Shown piece after piece: positions 25,821 to 38,304 of a DNA stretch of 64,000 nt. This stretch comes from Mobula hypostoma (Eukaryota): contig NC_086097.1 of NCBI RefSeq assembly GCF_963921235.1, forward strand, positions 161,450,001-161,514,000, read 5' to 3'. The position numbers and the translations under genes are program-made. Each line of letters starts with the position of its first letter. The first letter of the stretch is position 1. Under the pieces are notes generated by a model. It ran no database searches. It was given only the letters and a program-made list of their open reading frames with translations, and had not been told where the DNA came from.

Positions 25821-26911
25821 GTCTTGGTGGAGCTATTGGCTATATGCTTGGTGGTTTAGATTGGACACAAACCGCTTTGGGCCAGATCTTCAAATCACAA
25901 CAGCAAGTCCTCTTCTTCTTCGCTGCCATCATCTTTTCTGGGTCTGTTGCTTTGCATCTTTTCAGCATTGAAGAGGAGCAGTATAACCCCCAACAAGACC
26001 GTATTGATGAAGAAACAGATGCACGGGCTACGATTAGTGTGAATGATAGTCTCCCACCCCTCCCTCGGCTTGACCTGCCTTATGAAGAAGGACCTTGCAC
26101 TACTGCAGTCTTCCCTGATGAAACTTGCTCAGTACAAGATGGTAATCTCAACTTCCTGGATGTAAATATTGGACGGAGCCAAAGTGACTCTGTTTTGCAC
26201 ATGCCTGACGCAACTATAGAAATTGAATCAGAGTTATTTTTTTTGAGAGACATTGAACCTTCTGTTTTCCAGGACCATTGTGATAGCCTGCATCAATCTT
26301 CAACAAGCTTATCCAAAAGTAACAACCAGGAAATTACATTAAAGCTCAATCACATCTCTGGTTTGCTCAGGGAGCATGAATTTGAAGATGTTTTGAAAGA
26401 CGATCTTACAACATCCAAAGTGGCAAATGGGCCATCTGATGACTGCACTAATGATCATATTAACCATAATACCTTCAGGATTGGGATGAAACCATCAACA
26501 ACCAGCAGTTCCATGCGTAGGCGTAGGCATGTATTCTACAGGCAACCATCTCACACCTTTTCGTATTATGGCAAGGTGGGTTCACATCGTTACCGCTTTC
26601 GTCGTGCAAATGCCATTGTCCTGATCAAGTCTTCACGCAGCATGAATGACCTTTACGATCTGCAGAAAAAACAAAGGCAGCGTCAGAGACATAGGAACCA
26701 GAGTGGTGTGACCAATTCAAGCAGTGATACCGAAAGTGAGGAAGGAGAGTCGGAGACAACTGTTAAGCTTCTGTGGTTATCTATGCTGAAGATGCCAAAA
26801 GAGCTGATGAGACTCTGTGTATGTCACCTGGTAACTTGGTTTGCTGTGATTGGAGCTGCTGTATTCTATACAGACTTCATGGGGCAAGTTATCTATAGAG
26901 GTAACCCAAAA
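25821..26911 (+). CDS. SLC45A4: SLC45A4 large coding exon (1091 bp; TM segments plus long cytoplasmic loop)
   Basis: CTCCCTAG|GT...CCAAAA|GTAAGT. Open frame GLGGAIGYMLGGLDWTQT...LLWLSMLKMPKELMRLCVCHLVTWF...FYTDFMGQVIYRGNPK. Confidence 0.97.
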
Positions 26912-27579
26912 GTAAGTTTGTAAATTTAGCTCTTTTTCTTTTACAGTATTATTTATATTCTGCTGTGTTTAGTACCAAGCCACAAATCCTGTTTCCATGA
27001 AGAATCAGCTTTTGAAAGCACCTCACATTAACTGCTTCTATTTGTAGTCTTCAAATGTACTGTAAGGAGAGTAATTATACTTGGACCACCCTTGATAAAA
27101 CACCACATTTGTCTAGAATTTTAGCTTCAAGTGTAACAAAATATAGGTTACACTCTTTTCCTTCCATTTTCATGACTGGTGGATACTGTAAATCAAATAA
27201 ACTTCTGTCAGTTTAAAAATCGTGACACTTGGCATAAAATTCACATTGCTGAAAAACAGTGTATGTTATCAAGGGAAGATTAGGATTAAGAGCTGAGAAT
27301 CCTAGCAGTCTTGATATTAAAAGAAATTTCCTTTCTTTATGTTATTATTTAATTATAATTGTTATAATTATATAATCATTGAAACTCAGTGATTACAAAA
27401 TGGAAGGTGGCCTTCAGAGCCATAACACCAATACCAGCTCAAGCAGTAATAAACCTGCAGATTATTTCCATTTAGATGCTTATCCAGTGCTCTTCCTAGT
27501 CTACAGTTGAATTCCAGGTACTGTGATTCCTGGCACTGCATTCCGCACTTAAATGTGACATGAACAAATATGTTCTTAA

Positions 27580-28620
27580 TATAAAAATGTTTACAGTCCT
27601 AGTGACTGAGGTTTGATCATGATTTCTGGCACTGTCAGTATATGCAGTTTTGTACATTTTAGTTGTGACTGTGGATTTTCTCTGGGTGCTTTGGTTTCCT
27701 CCCATACCCCAAGTTGTCTGGTTTGGTATTTATTTAGAGATACAGCTCTGTAACAGACCCTTCTGGCCCAGCAAGCCCATGCCACCTTGTGACCTTCTCA
27801 CCTGTACGTCTTTGGGATGTAAGTGGAAACTGGAGCACCCGAAGGAAACACACATGGTCACAGGTGTACAAATTCATTACAGGCAGTCATAGTCTCTAGG
27901 CCACGATCTTGGAACTAGAATGTAATCGTCGGCATGGACACTGGTGAATAGGCCTGTTTCTGTGCTGCACGTTACTGCAACTCTGACAACAGATGTCTCT
28001 AGTCAGAGTGCATAAATTTAAGTAGGGATTAGAAGACTAAGAAGGGTTCTGAGGAAGAATTTTTTTTTAAACCTAGGTGGTGGTTGAAACCTGGAACTCA
28101 TTGCCACTGGAGTTGGTGAAGGCAGATAGTCACACAACATTCAAGAAGTATTTAGATGAACACATGAAATGCTTTAATATAGAAGGCTCTGCTGTGTAGT
28201 GGGATTTGTGCAGTTAGATGTTTGATGACTGTATGAGCCAAAGGGTCTGTTTCCATGATTCAAAAGTTGCTCATCCCTGAAATCCTTTAGATCAATCTCT
28301 GCATCTTTTCTATAATGAACAGAACTGGAGACTGAACTATGGTTATTTTGTAAAATTTATTAAACCCAGGATATTATGCTTCTTTAAGCACTTATTCAAC
28401 CTATCCCTTGGCTTTCAATAAACTTTTCACAGATAACCCAGATCTCTCCTCCTGGGTTGTGCCCTCTATTTGATATTACCTTATCTCATTCACACTATGA
28501 CATGTTACTATTTCCCCTCAGAGTCCACAATACTTTCAGGTTTTGTCACCTACATATTTGGAAATAGTGCCCTCTATACCAAAGTCTGCATCATTAATCT
28601 TTATGTTAATAAAAGTATCA
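27580..28620. mobile_element. Cluster of decayed V-SINE and CR1 fragments
   Basis: V-domain TCTCTGGGTGCTTTGGTTTCCTCCCA (~27680, +) and its reverse GGAAACTGGAGCACCCGAAGGAAAC (~27825); CR1 3' remnants 27990-28270. Confidence 0.6.
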
Positions 28621-28719
28621 ACCTTTAGAGAACTGTCTATAGAAAGCTGCAGCAACAAATGACAAATTGTTGGAGGGCGAGCCTCTGTTGGACTGTGTGT
28701 GGAGAGAGAAGACGGCCTA

Positions 28720-29135
28720 CTACTCACACACTTTGCCCACCTAGTTCTTTCTCCCCTCTAGTTCCACCTGCCCTTTATCTTTCTCTAATTTTTTTCCCAT
28801 GTCACTTATCAAATTCCCTCACTCGTAGCCTTTGTATCACTGCTCATCACTATCCAATCTCTCTACTTTCAACTTCTATTTCCTGTGCTTGGCCCCATCA
28901 CTTTTCTTTCATTGTCTTCTTTTGTCTATCACCTACCTGCCTCTGTCTGTCAGTTCCACCTCTCCCCTACTTGGATCCTCCTGCCCTATCATTCTTCACC
29001 CTTCCTTAATTCACCAATCCTGTCTCACCCATTCCCCTATATATTGGCCATCTTGCTTCCCTATTGTCAGTTTTGATGCATGGTCTCAATCCAAAAGTTT
29101 AACAGTTCTTCTGCCCACAGTTGCTGCTTGACGCA
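28720..29135 (+). mobile_element. Old Penelope-like 3' fragment (pyrimidine-rich)
   Basis: CT-rich tract ending in TTTGATGCATGGTCTCAATCCAAAAG...GCTGCTTGAC, a decayed version of the pseudo-LTR/hammerhead region. Confidence 0.45.
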
Positions 29136-30896
29136 TTTTCATTCCTCAAGTAGTTTGGAATTTTTGAATAGGAAGATAGCAGGTTATCAAAGTTAGAAGA
29201 GACTGAAGATGCTGGAAGATTTTGGTCAGTGTTTGGCATCTGGTTTACAGGCCCTGGTTCCCACACTCCCTTGAAATTCACCTGGTTTGCTGGCAAATTT
29301 ATAATACTGCATCAAATCTTAAAAACCTATGAAGCATGTTGGAGCATTAATGGAATAACATCCAATAGTTTAGAAAGCCTGTAATTTCAATCGTAACAAA
29401 GTCTTGAGAATACTAGATAAATAATCTTATTGTATCTTTCTCTAATATGAAAAATAACTATTCCCTACTACTCCATTTCCTGTAATATTCAATTTTCTGT
29501 CCATGCTGCATTTCACCTTATTCCCCATGATTTTCAGACTTCAACAACCTAGGGTACAGAGCAGCTGTCTAATCAATTTACACACCTAAAGTGCAAATAA
29601 CCTTCCTAATATTTTCATCATTTGTTAGGTCTTTGTTTAAGCTTTTGGCTGGCCTCTGTTTCCTGTGTTCCTGTCATTGCTTGCTTGCAATTCATATCTC
29701 ATCATGCTGGTTTCTTCCTTGTGGTCTCTGTGTATTTTCAACTAGTTAATTGGATATCCTTTTTGTTTATTTTGTTAAGGCATCTTATTTTAATTCAGTT
29801 AGATTTGTTAATGGACATGGTACAGAAAGCTACTTGCTTTTTATACGTGGAAATTTAAGCAATGTTTAGAAATAAAATACTATTCTGTATTTAGATTGTA
29901 TTTAAGGTTCTTGAGGCCAAAGTTCAGATTTCATAGATTCCCAGGCTGAAGTGGTATGGTTGTGCCTTCACTTGCATCACATTAAATTTGTTTTTGTAAC
30001 TGGTGACTAATCTTTCACCTTCTGCCACCCTAAATTTTGTTGCATAAAGAAAGTCAGAGCATGGAGTTGTCTTGACTTGAAAAAACAGGATGAAATGCAA
30101 ATGTGTGATGTGACCTTTTACTTTTAACAATATTCATATTTTTGTAACATCAACTAAATCAACTATAAAACAATTAATGGACATACTTTTTGCTGTGAAT
30201 GTAGATGATATAGTGTTTTTTTCATTCTATCCCAAAACAGCTTTGAACTGTTTTCCTAAAAAAGCAAAATTAATGTAACAACATGTTTTCATATCCTATC
30301 GTATTTGCCTTACTGCATCTTTACCTTTGTTGGAACAAACCTAATACTTATATTTCCTACATCTGAAATGAATTGCCTGGAATCACCTAATAGTCATAAT
30401 TTTCAACATTTTGTTAAACACGTTCCCTTCTGACCCCTTCTGTTTGGCCAGTTTCCTCCTATCTGACAAGCAAAACAAAGAGCTTGTATGCTAATTATTA
30501 AAATGCAGTGCTATCTTGTTGAGCATTTCTCACTTGCAGATTGACTTCTTCTATATCACTTAACATGCAGTGAATTAAGACTTGTATATAGCTTAGCATG
30601 CGGTGTATTCTTAAAGGTTATAGCTGAAAACCTGGATGAGAACTGCAAAGGGGAAAAAATTCCTTTTCTCCCCGCCCCCCCCCCCAACTCCACCTTCTTC
30701 CTCACTCTGGCCTCTTAAATTTTCCCACCTAATTTCAGTTTCAGGCATAAACCCAGCATTCCGTATCTTTTCTTCCATTCCTACCTAACCCTCATCCATA
30801 AACCACACCCAACCCCTCCGCCACTCTTCACATTAAAAGGGAATACAATGAATTATTAGTTGTGTTGATAGTGATTCCAATTATTTGTTTTTCCAG

Positions 30897-30996
30897 GGTC
30901 TTTCCAATTCTACTGAGCTTTGGAACTATAACACCGGTGTGCAGATGGGATGCTGGGGACTTGTTATTTATGCTATTACTGCTGCAATCTGTTCAG
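30897..30996 (+). CDS. SLC45A4: SLC45A4 coding exon (100 bp)
   Basis: TTTTCCAG|GGT...TCAG|GTTAGT. Encodes GLSNSTELWNYNTGVQMGCWGLVIYAITAAICS. Confidence 0.96.
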
Positions 30997-31149
30997 GTTA
31001 GTAGTAAAGATAATTGTGCTCAAATGGGAATAAATATTTCTACACAACATACAGTAAGTCTTGTATTAAAGTCTGGATCTCCTGCCCATCTCAGTTTTGT
31101 GATTATGTAGGAAAGTTCTGTTTCTAAAGTAAATTTCCAAAATATAACT

Positions 31150-31518
31150 TAAAAACAAAATCAAAAACAAATGAATAAGAAGAGTATGCTAACACAACTT
31201 TTAGTATTTGGCTTTGCAATATTTTTCAGCTTTGAAGCAAGGTATTGATCTGCAGCTGTAAAGCCACAGGCAGTAATGTACAGATTATGGAGAGTGATTT
31301 GTTGAAAACATTTTAGTATAAAGCATAAGTCAAGTATTTACATAATTTGACAGAGGACTCTCCTCCTGTTTATTTAATGCTACATTTCAGAGCCATACAA
31401 AATGTATGTTGTTAAAAAGGATGTTTTAATATGTTAAAACTGGTTTGGCATGAGGCAAAGCCAAATACTAAAACTGTGTTAGCATACTCCTATTCATTTG
31501 TTTTTGATTTTGTTTTTA
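31150..31518. repeat. ~65-bp inverted repeat pair around a ~237-bp spacer
   Basis: 31150-31217 (TAAAAACAAAATCAAAAACAAATGAATA...GAGTATGCTAACACA...TTTTAGTATTTGGCTTTGC) is the near reverse complement of 31455-31518. Confidence 0.9.
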
Positions 31519-32540
31519 GTCAGATTTTTCTCCATTTTTATAAGTGAGTTAGATGCAGAATGAGAAAATCAGGGCTAAATGGATGAGTACTTCTCATGCC
31601 TATAATCTCTTGTAATTTATTTAAAGTGTCCTTGGTGGAGAATCGCGTACTCTTCCAATTAAGTGTATTGGATAAAATAAAACTCCCAGTAACCTGCTAT
31701 GCCATTGTTGGGAATCAACAATTGTATCATTTTTAATGTATGTATTTCTAAATGACAATGAACGAGGACTGAGTGTCCTCGGAATCTAATCCTGACGCTT
31801 TAGCACTTGGTTGCTGTTTCCCATGTTTAGATAGGCTCTCAGGTCCCTGTTCCATGCTCCAGTTTAAACTCATCTGGTTCACTGAAAGATTTGTATTATA
31901 TGCTGTATAAATTCTACAAAAATGAGAGTGTTTTGGTGCATTAATAGGACTAGAGTCAGATAAGCTGGTAAATCAAAGTCTAAGGGCTGCTGGATTATCA
32001 GAGTTTTACTGTATGTTGGACAATAAAGCTTGGGGTGTTTAAAGTAAATTGTATTTAAGCAAATTTGCTTTCTCAAAATTTATAAATTTAGTTTTGGTAT
32101 TATAATTGAAACACTGTTGCCAATGATGCAGTGATGCTCAGTAATATTGCTTCAGTGTTCATTCATAATAAGTTGCATAAATATTAATATAATGGACACA
32201 ATTCACAACTATTAGTTGAATGTGAAGATGTCTTTGAAGCTTGATAATGCACTCAGGAAGATGTGTGTAGTAATCGGAAGCACACAAAGTGGGCGTGTTC
32301 ATACTGTGTACAAATTCCCTTTCTTCCAGTTTGCTACTTATAGTTTGTAATACTGGCCTAAGTATTGTCAAAATTCTGGGGCTAAAATTTGTGGGGAAAG
32401 TAAATGATGTAGTTACTTTTCGGTAATGCCAGCTCTTTGAGCAAATATATTGTGCGTGGATTTTACTGTTGCAATATTGTCTCATTATAGGAACCAAAGT
32501 AGTAATTCTAAACTTCTATTTTTTTACCTTTTCCTGGCAG

Positions 32541-32752
32541 CTATTTTACAGAAGTACCTGGATACCTACGATTTGAGCATTAAAGTTATCTACATATTAG
32601 GAACACTTGGATTTTCAATTGGTACTGCAGTAATGGCTATTTTCCCAAATGTTTATGTATCAATGATAATGATCAGTACAATGGGAATAGTATCTCTGAG
32701 TATCTCGTACTGCCCTTACGCTCTTCTTGGACAATACCATGAAATGAAAACG
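32541..32752 (+). CDS. SLC45A4: SLC45A4 coding exon (212 bp)
   Basis: CCTGGCAG|CT...ACG|GTAAGC. Encodes ILQKYLDTYDLSIKVIYILGTLGFSIGTAVMAIFPNVYV...SYCPYALLGQYHEMKT. Confidence 0.97.
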
Positions 32753-33718
32753 GTAAGCAGCTTTTCCTTTTGCTGTTGCTATTTTAAAATTGTAGTGCTT
32801 GGCCAAAATTGTTACTAAAATGACACCAGACAAAAGATGAAATACAAAAAATTATTTCCAAGGAGAAAAATAGTCCCATGTACTAGTTGTGTGAATTACA
32901 TATTTCAGTCAGAGGCACAAGAGTGCAGGTGATGAAATCTAGAGCAACAATCAATCTGCTGAAGGCATTCAGCATGTTGAACAGCATCAATAGAGAGAAA
33001 GGCGTTATCCACATTTTGGTCAAAACTTTGACGATTTCTTTCCGTCCACTGATACTACTCGACCAGCTGAGTTTCTGCAGCAGCTTAGCAAATCGTTGTG
33101 TGTATCCCAAATGACTGTGCTGTGTGTAATGGACTGTAGTTATCCATTGAAGTGTACCAACGCAAATTCGGATTAGAATTGTTAAAGTTAGAATTCAAAT
33201 GAACCACTTAAGGTAAACCGGTCATTGTGTCATCATTTGTAAATGTGTAATATTCCACTAATCTAGAATTCAGAGATTTGAGTTACCATTTAACCTTGTC
33301 AGATATCAAGATTTAGTTAATCTCCTGCAATAAACAAACTGTTGGAGGAACTAAGCAGGTCAAGCAGCATCTGTGGAGGCAAAGGGATTTTGTGCCTGAT
33401 ATTAAGGAGCAGGCAATCAGTGACCACCACAGTTTGGGGTAGGGGGGTACAACTTCCCTGCATTCCTTTAAAACAGCCCATGTCACAACTTTCAGTAATG
33501 TGAAAACTGCATCATGTGTGCGTGCATCAAGAAACTTAAAAAGACGTTGATTTCTTTAGCTTTTTTCACATCAATTCCATTGGAGCAAATGTTATTTTGT
33601 AAATCAATTTTCTGGGTAGTGATTTGTGCATTCTGTGAGGGCAAATTCATGTAACCATGGTTGTAACACATGCCACCTGTAAATTTATACAAAGTAATCA
33701 AATGTTTTGTTTTTACAG

Positions 33719-34078
33719 TATAGAAATCACAGTCCTGGAAACTCCAAGAGGGGCTTTGGAATAGACTGTGCAATCCTCTCCTGTCAAGTTTATATTTCCC
33801 AGATACTGGCAGCATCAGCACTGGGTAGTGTGGTGAAAGCAGTTGGTTCAGTTCGAGTCATCCCTGTTGTGGCATCCATTGGTTCATTCCTTGGCTTTCT
33901 ATCTGCCTCATTTCTCGTGATATATCCTGGAAGTCAAGAAGACCCAGTAGAGGAAGGAAATAAAGAAACTTTAATGGCATCTTCAGTAAACAGTGGGAGA
34001 AGTACAGAGAAGCCGATTGTTTTGAAGTTGACTAGTAAAGGCACCATCTCTGAAGTGGAGATTGAATCGTCTGTTTAA
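33719..34078 (+). CDS. SLC45A4: SLC45A4 last coding exon
   Basis: TTTTACAG|TAT. Encodes YRNHSPGNSKRGFGIDCAILSCQVYISQIL...EKPIVLKLT...IESSV, stop TAA 34076-34078. Confidence 0.97.
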   Translation, partial: YRNHSPGNSKRGFGIDCAILSCQVYISQILAASALGSVVKAVGSVRVIPVVASIGSFLGFLSASFLVIYPGSQEDPVEEGNKETLMASSVNSGRSTEKPIVLKLTSKGTISEVEIESSV

Positions 34079-37000
34079 TAAAACATTCCAGAAAATGCAT
34101 GATCAAAAACACACAATAAATTTCCTGTCTTTCATTCTTTTCTGTAGTCTTAACCCACTTTGTGGAAAAGAAAATTTAAAAACAACCATAATAGGTTCTG
34201 GTAAATGGCAAAATGGCAGTCTGGGAGTGTACTTGGTGAACAAAATTGTTTCATGAGTATTTATTTTTATTTACATTTCAGGACATACATGATAATTTGT
34301 TTTTGTTTACCTTTGGATATAGTGAGGCATCAAGTAAATCGATTGATGGTGGTTACATGTCAATCTAAGCATAGCATTTTGTAGCAAGTGAAACATCTAT
34401 TTTGCAGTTGGTACTGCTTTCCTTAAGTCCTTAATTACACTGTTGCTGATTCTCCCTTTGTGAAATTTTGACTGCAACCATTATAAACAGAGCATTAAAA
34501 AGTAATAGAATCGTTTGACTATCCTTTCTAGAAGTGGAGAGGTTTAATCAACAGTAATCTAAACAATCTAATTATTTGTCCGGGGAAGTAAAATCTTTCA
34601 GTGGTCTTTCCTGTTAGCCCATTAGGTTAAATAAGTACACTTATTTATCCAATAAAGAAGAAACATACTGCTGATATTTTCACTTTGGACAGCACATCAC
34701 AGCTCCCAACTTTTTCCTGACAAATGTCTTGTGGCAAGCCCTACACACACTTGACCAATATGCTTGAATAAGATGGAATTTAATATAATAAGCCCTAGTT
34801 AAATCACTGAGAATTGTCTGAGATATTTTTGTAAGAAATTTAAAATATAGGCTTATAAAGACCACATGTTGCCTATGATATGTTTGTTTCCAATAGCAGA
34901 TGTCCAGATTTGCTGTACTATTTTTGATAACAGATTTACATTTTTGCAACAACAACTGCAAGGCATTCCTTTCCTTCCCTGGGTATCTCAATAAAAGAAC
35001 AAACATTTAATAATAATGTTGCAAATCAGTACAATTAATTTAGTCCACAAAGACCAAGCTAAGAACTTGCCTTGAATGCAGATGACTTATAATTATTGCA
35101 TGGCCTTGATGCCTATAGGTCTTCCTTTATGCTGCCCTTTAAGTGTGTTGGTATGTGCTCAAATTACATATTTTTGGTCCTTTGTCTGAAACTGTTTTCA
35201 CGGCTGCTTTATGATCAAAGATACATTTCTACAAGGTTGAGTGACCTGGAGTTTCTTTCCTGTCTTGGCCTGTTGCACAGCTTCAACTCTCCCTCTTGAG
35301 TTTGAGGTTGGTTACGTTTATGACTTCATACATGAAACACTGGTCACTCCAGCAGTAGAGTATTAGAAGTAACAGCTTAGTAAACCTACTATGGAGAAAT
35401 TTATTTAATATATGAAATAAAAGCATAGGAAAACTAATTGGAGCAGTGCTTTGACAAGTATTACATGCTAGCCTTTTGAAAACTGAACATGGCCTGATGG
35501 TTACAATTTCTTGTAGGTGGCTGAAGGTTACCTGTCCTCTCAGGAAAAGACTGCAAAAATGTGGCATAAAATCATGTATTTTTGTTGTGCAGAAACTCAA
35601 TGCTGGACTGAAAGTGAATTGCTCAGCACAGCCTTGATACTTCCAGAATTAGCCTTAGCTTGATTTTTAGGTTTAGGAATATAATTCAGAATGATTTTCA
35701 CTGTGATGAGGCTGTAGTAAAGACTGAGACTGACACTAACCACTGAATTCTGTTTTATTGTGTGCAGATGAATCACACATTGCAATAATTCATCAACCCA
35801 CCTTAATTGTGAAATCAACATCTCAAGGCATGCAGAAACATAATGGCATTATGTGTAAAATCTGTTGTGCGTTACAATGAATCCACTATTGCTTTGTGAT
35901 GGGTAGACTCAGTGCAAGGAGTGTATTTGGAAGAAAAGTACAAGTTTACCAAAGCAAATAGACACAGTAAATGGCAGTAGAATCCAAGTTTAATGCACTG
36001 GTTCTACACTGACAAGATGTTGACTACTAAAGCAAAACTTTATGAATGTACTATGCGTGGTTCTTTGAATGCTAAGGCAATCCAGCGGAAAATTGCACAC
36101 TGTTCTTCATCAATTTAGAAATGTTTGTCATATTTATTTCGCTATTATATTGAGTGTTTTGTTTTGTATTAAAATACCACCAAGCTTACCATACCTGTTC
36201 TGGAAAAAAATGTCAGTTTGTATTTGGTGCATTTTCTATTTTATACATTTTGGCAATTACCTTTTAAAGTGGGGGAGAAAAAAGATAATGTGCTGGGCCC
36301 TTGATTTTCTGAGTAGCTGCTTTCAATATTATTGCTAACTCCTGCCCAGCATAAGTGAAGCAACGTAACTGTTTAAAAGTGCTTATAATATACTTTGAGG
36401 TGAAGATAATGAATCAATAATACATTTAAAATATACTCTGCAATTTGTAATAACATCAGTTTTATGGCAAGTGGGGAAAATCTGTTAAAGTGCACGTTCA
36501 AATTTACTTGTATTAATATTGACCAGGTCAGAATATCTTAATATGTTTGAGTGGCCTGACTTCATTTAATAAGGGATGTGCCCGATCACACTGTCTGTAC
36601 TAAAAAGTGTCCAGCTGTGATGATGATCAACAGATAACTTATTTTGTGTGAACAGGTCCAGCATTCAAGATCTACAAGAAAAATGCATTTTAGCGTGTCT
36701 GTTGCTTGCCAGTTTTCTGTTCTTAAAGTGCAGCAAAGATTGTGCATTTATCCCATCAACAATATTGAACTTGCACCTGACCAAAAGTAACTGTTCTCAA
36801 ATTTGCACAGCATGCACATTTCTTTTCTGTATTTTTCTAAAGGACTACCAACATTGTTTCAGATCCACAGTTTTAGGAGGCCAGTGTCACTTCGTAATTG
36901 TTGAACTACACTTGGATGAAATGGAGGTCTAAAAACATTGGTACCTCCAAAATGTGTCATTTGCTCTAGCAAGACATTTCATTTTAAGTATGGTTCCATG

Positions 37001-37345
37001 TGAACTGGCTAAAAGACGACTGCTTTTGTAATCAACTTATTAAGTTGGGTCACTAGTAGCTCTTGCTGAGTGGAAATATTAAATGTGTTAAACACATGCT
37101 TTAGTTTTAAAGGGTAAAAGCAAAGAATATTTAAGAATGATACAAGTGACTTAATGGCATAAACTTTATATTTTCAAGCTTTGTGTTAAGAAACAATGAG
37201 TCATTGCATGAAACGGTGACTGACTGTTGAGCACTTTCCATTTTAACTGTATGCTTGATTTTAAAAGAAAATTACAAAAGATTCTATTCTTCCATATAGT
37301 GTTTCAATATATTTCATGAAAAATAAATTGAAGTGAAATTTATTT
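34079..37345 (+). other. SLC45A4: Probable long SLC45A4 3' UTR
   Basis: About 3.2 kb AT-rich stretch with no recognisable transposon in an otherwise repeat-dense region; AATAAA at 37322-37327 followed by a T/GT-rich tract. Confidence 0.55.
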
Positions 37346-38125
37346 TTGTGTCCACTTCTGTTGTCAACTACCTTTAGCTGCTGCTGGTATATTCAATGTT
37401 CATGATTGTTGTAGATTTCCTCCTTAGTTACCTATCAATTAGTTCTTGATAATACTTTAACGTATCTGTGGAAATGGTGCTGCTGAACTGGGTCCAGAAA
37501 TCTAAGCTAATAACCAAAAACACGTGTGAAACTTCCACAATGGCAGCTGTCAAATTTAAAATTAGTTTATTGTTTTTGTCAAATTCCTATTCAACTTAAC
37601 GTATCTGCTCCTGTAACCTTGTCTGGCCACAGGTGGCTCCAGATTCACCATACAGTAACTTCAGTGGAATTCATTTTACTCAGATGGTATTCAATGCCAC
37701 AGACAGCTGTGGAGGCAAAGTTATTAGGTATATTTGAAGCAGAGGTTGATAGGTTCCTGATGAGTAATGGTGTTAGAAGTTAGGGGGAGAAGGCAGAAGA
37801 ATGTTATTGAGAGGTTTTTTAAAAAAAAGCGTATATGGCTGAGTAGATTTGATAAATGGAATGGCCTAATTCTACTCCTATCTATGGTCTAAATTACTGA
37901 ACTTTGGTAGGTTTTAAACAAGCTTAATATTTTCTATTTTCATCACTAGTTACTACATGTCTTTGCTTTCTGGCAAATGCTTAATGAACGTTGTGGAAGT
38001 CATTGCTATTTTTCTGGGGTAAGAGAAAGGGGAAATGTCACATTAATCTTTTTAAGGCTACTGAAAGAGCCTTGTCTACAACTGGTGGCTATATAGCCCA
38101 TCTCAGGATCATCTGAAAGCAGCCA

Positions 38126-38304
38126 CCTGATGACTGATTCTTTAAGCACTATATATTGTAAAGAATTAGGGAACTGACAAAATTTACAGTGAATATATTT
38201 TTTTAATGATGCTGCTGTGTAAGTCTACCTGATGAGTGGTTCTTTAAGTACTATATATTGTAAAGAATTAGGGAACTGACGCTGCTGTGTAAGTCTACCC
38301 GATG
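38126..38304. repeat. Short imperfect local duplication
   Basis: TTCTTTAAG(C/T)ACTATATATTGTAAAGAATTAGGGAACTGAC occurs twice and GCTGCTGTGTAAGTCTACC occurs twice, interleaved. Confidence 0.85.

Noticed and set aside
38126..38304. Repeat-spacer pattern resembling a CRISPR array
   Set aside because: Only two copies of each unit, irregular spacing, eukaryotic context and no cas genes; it is a local duplication.
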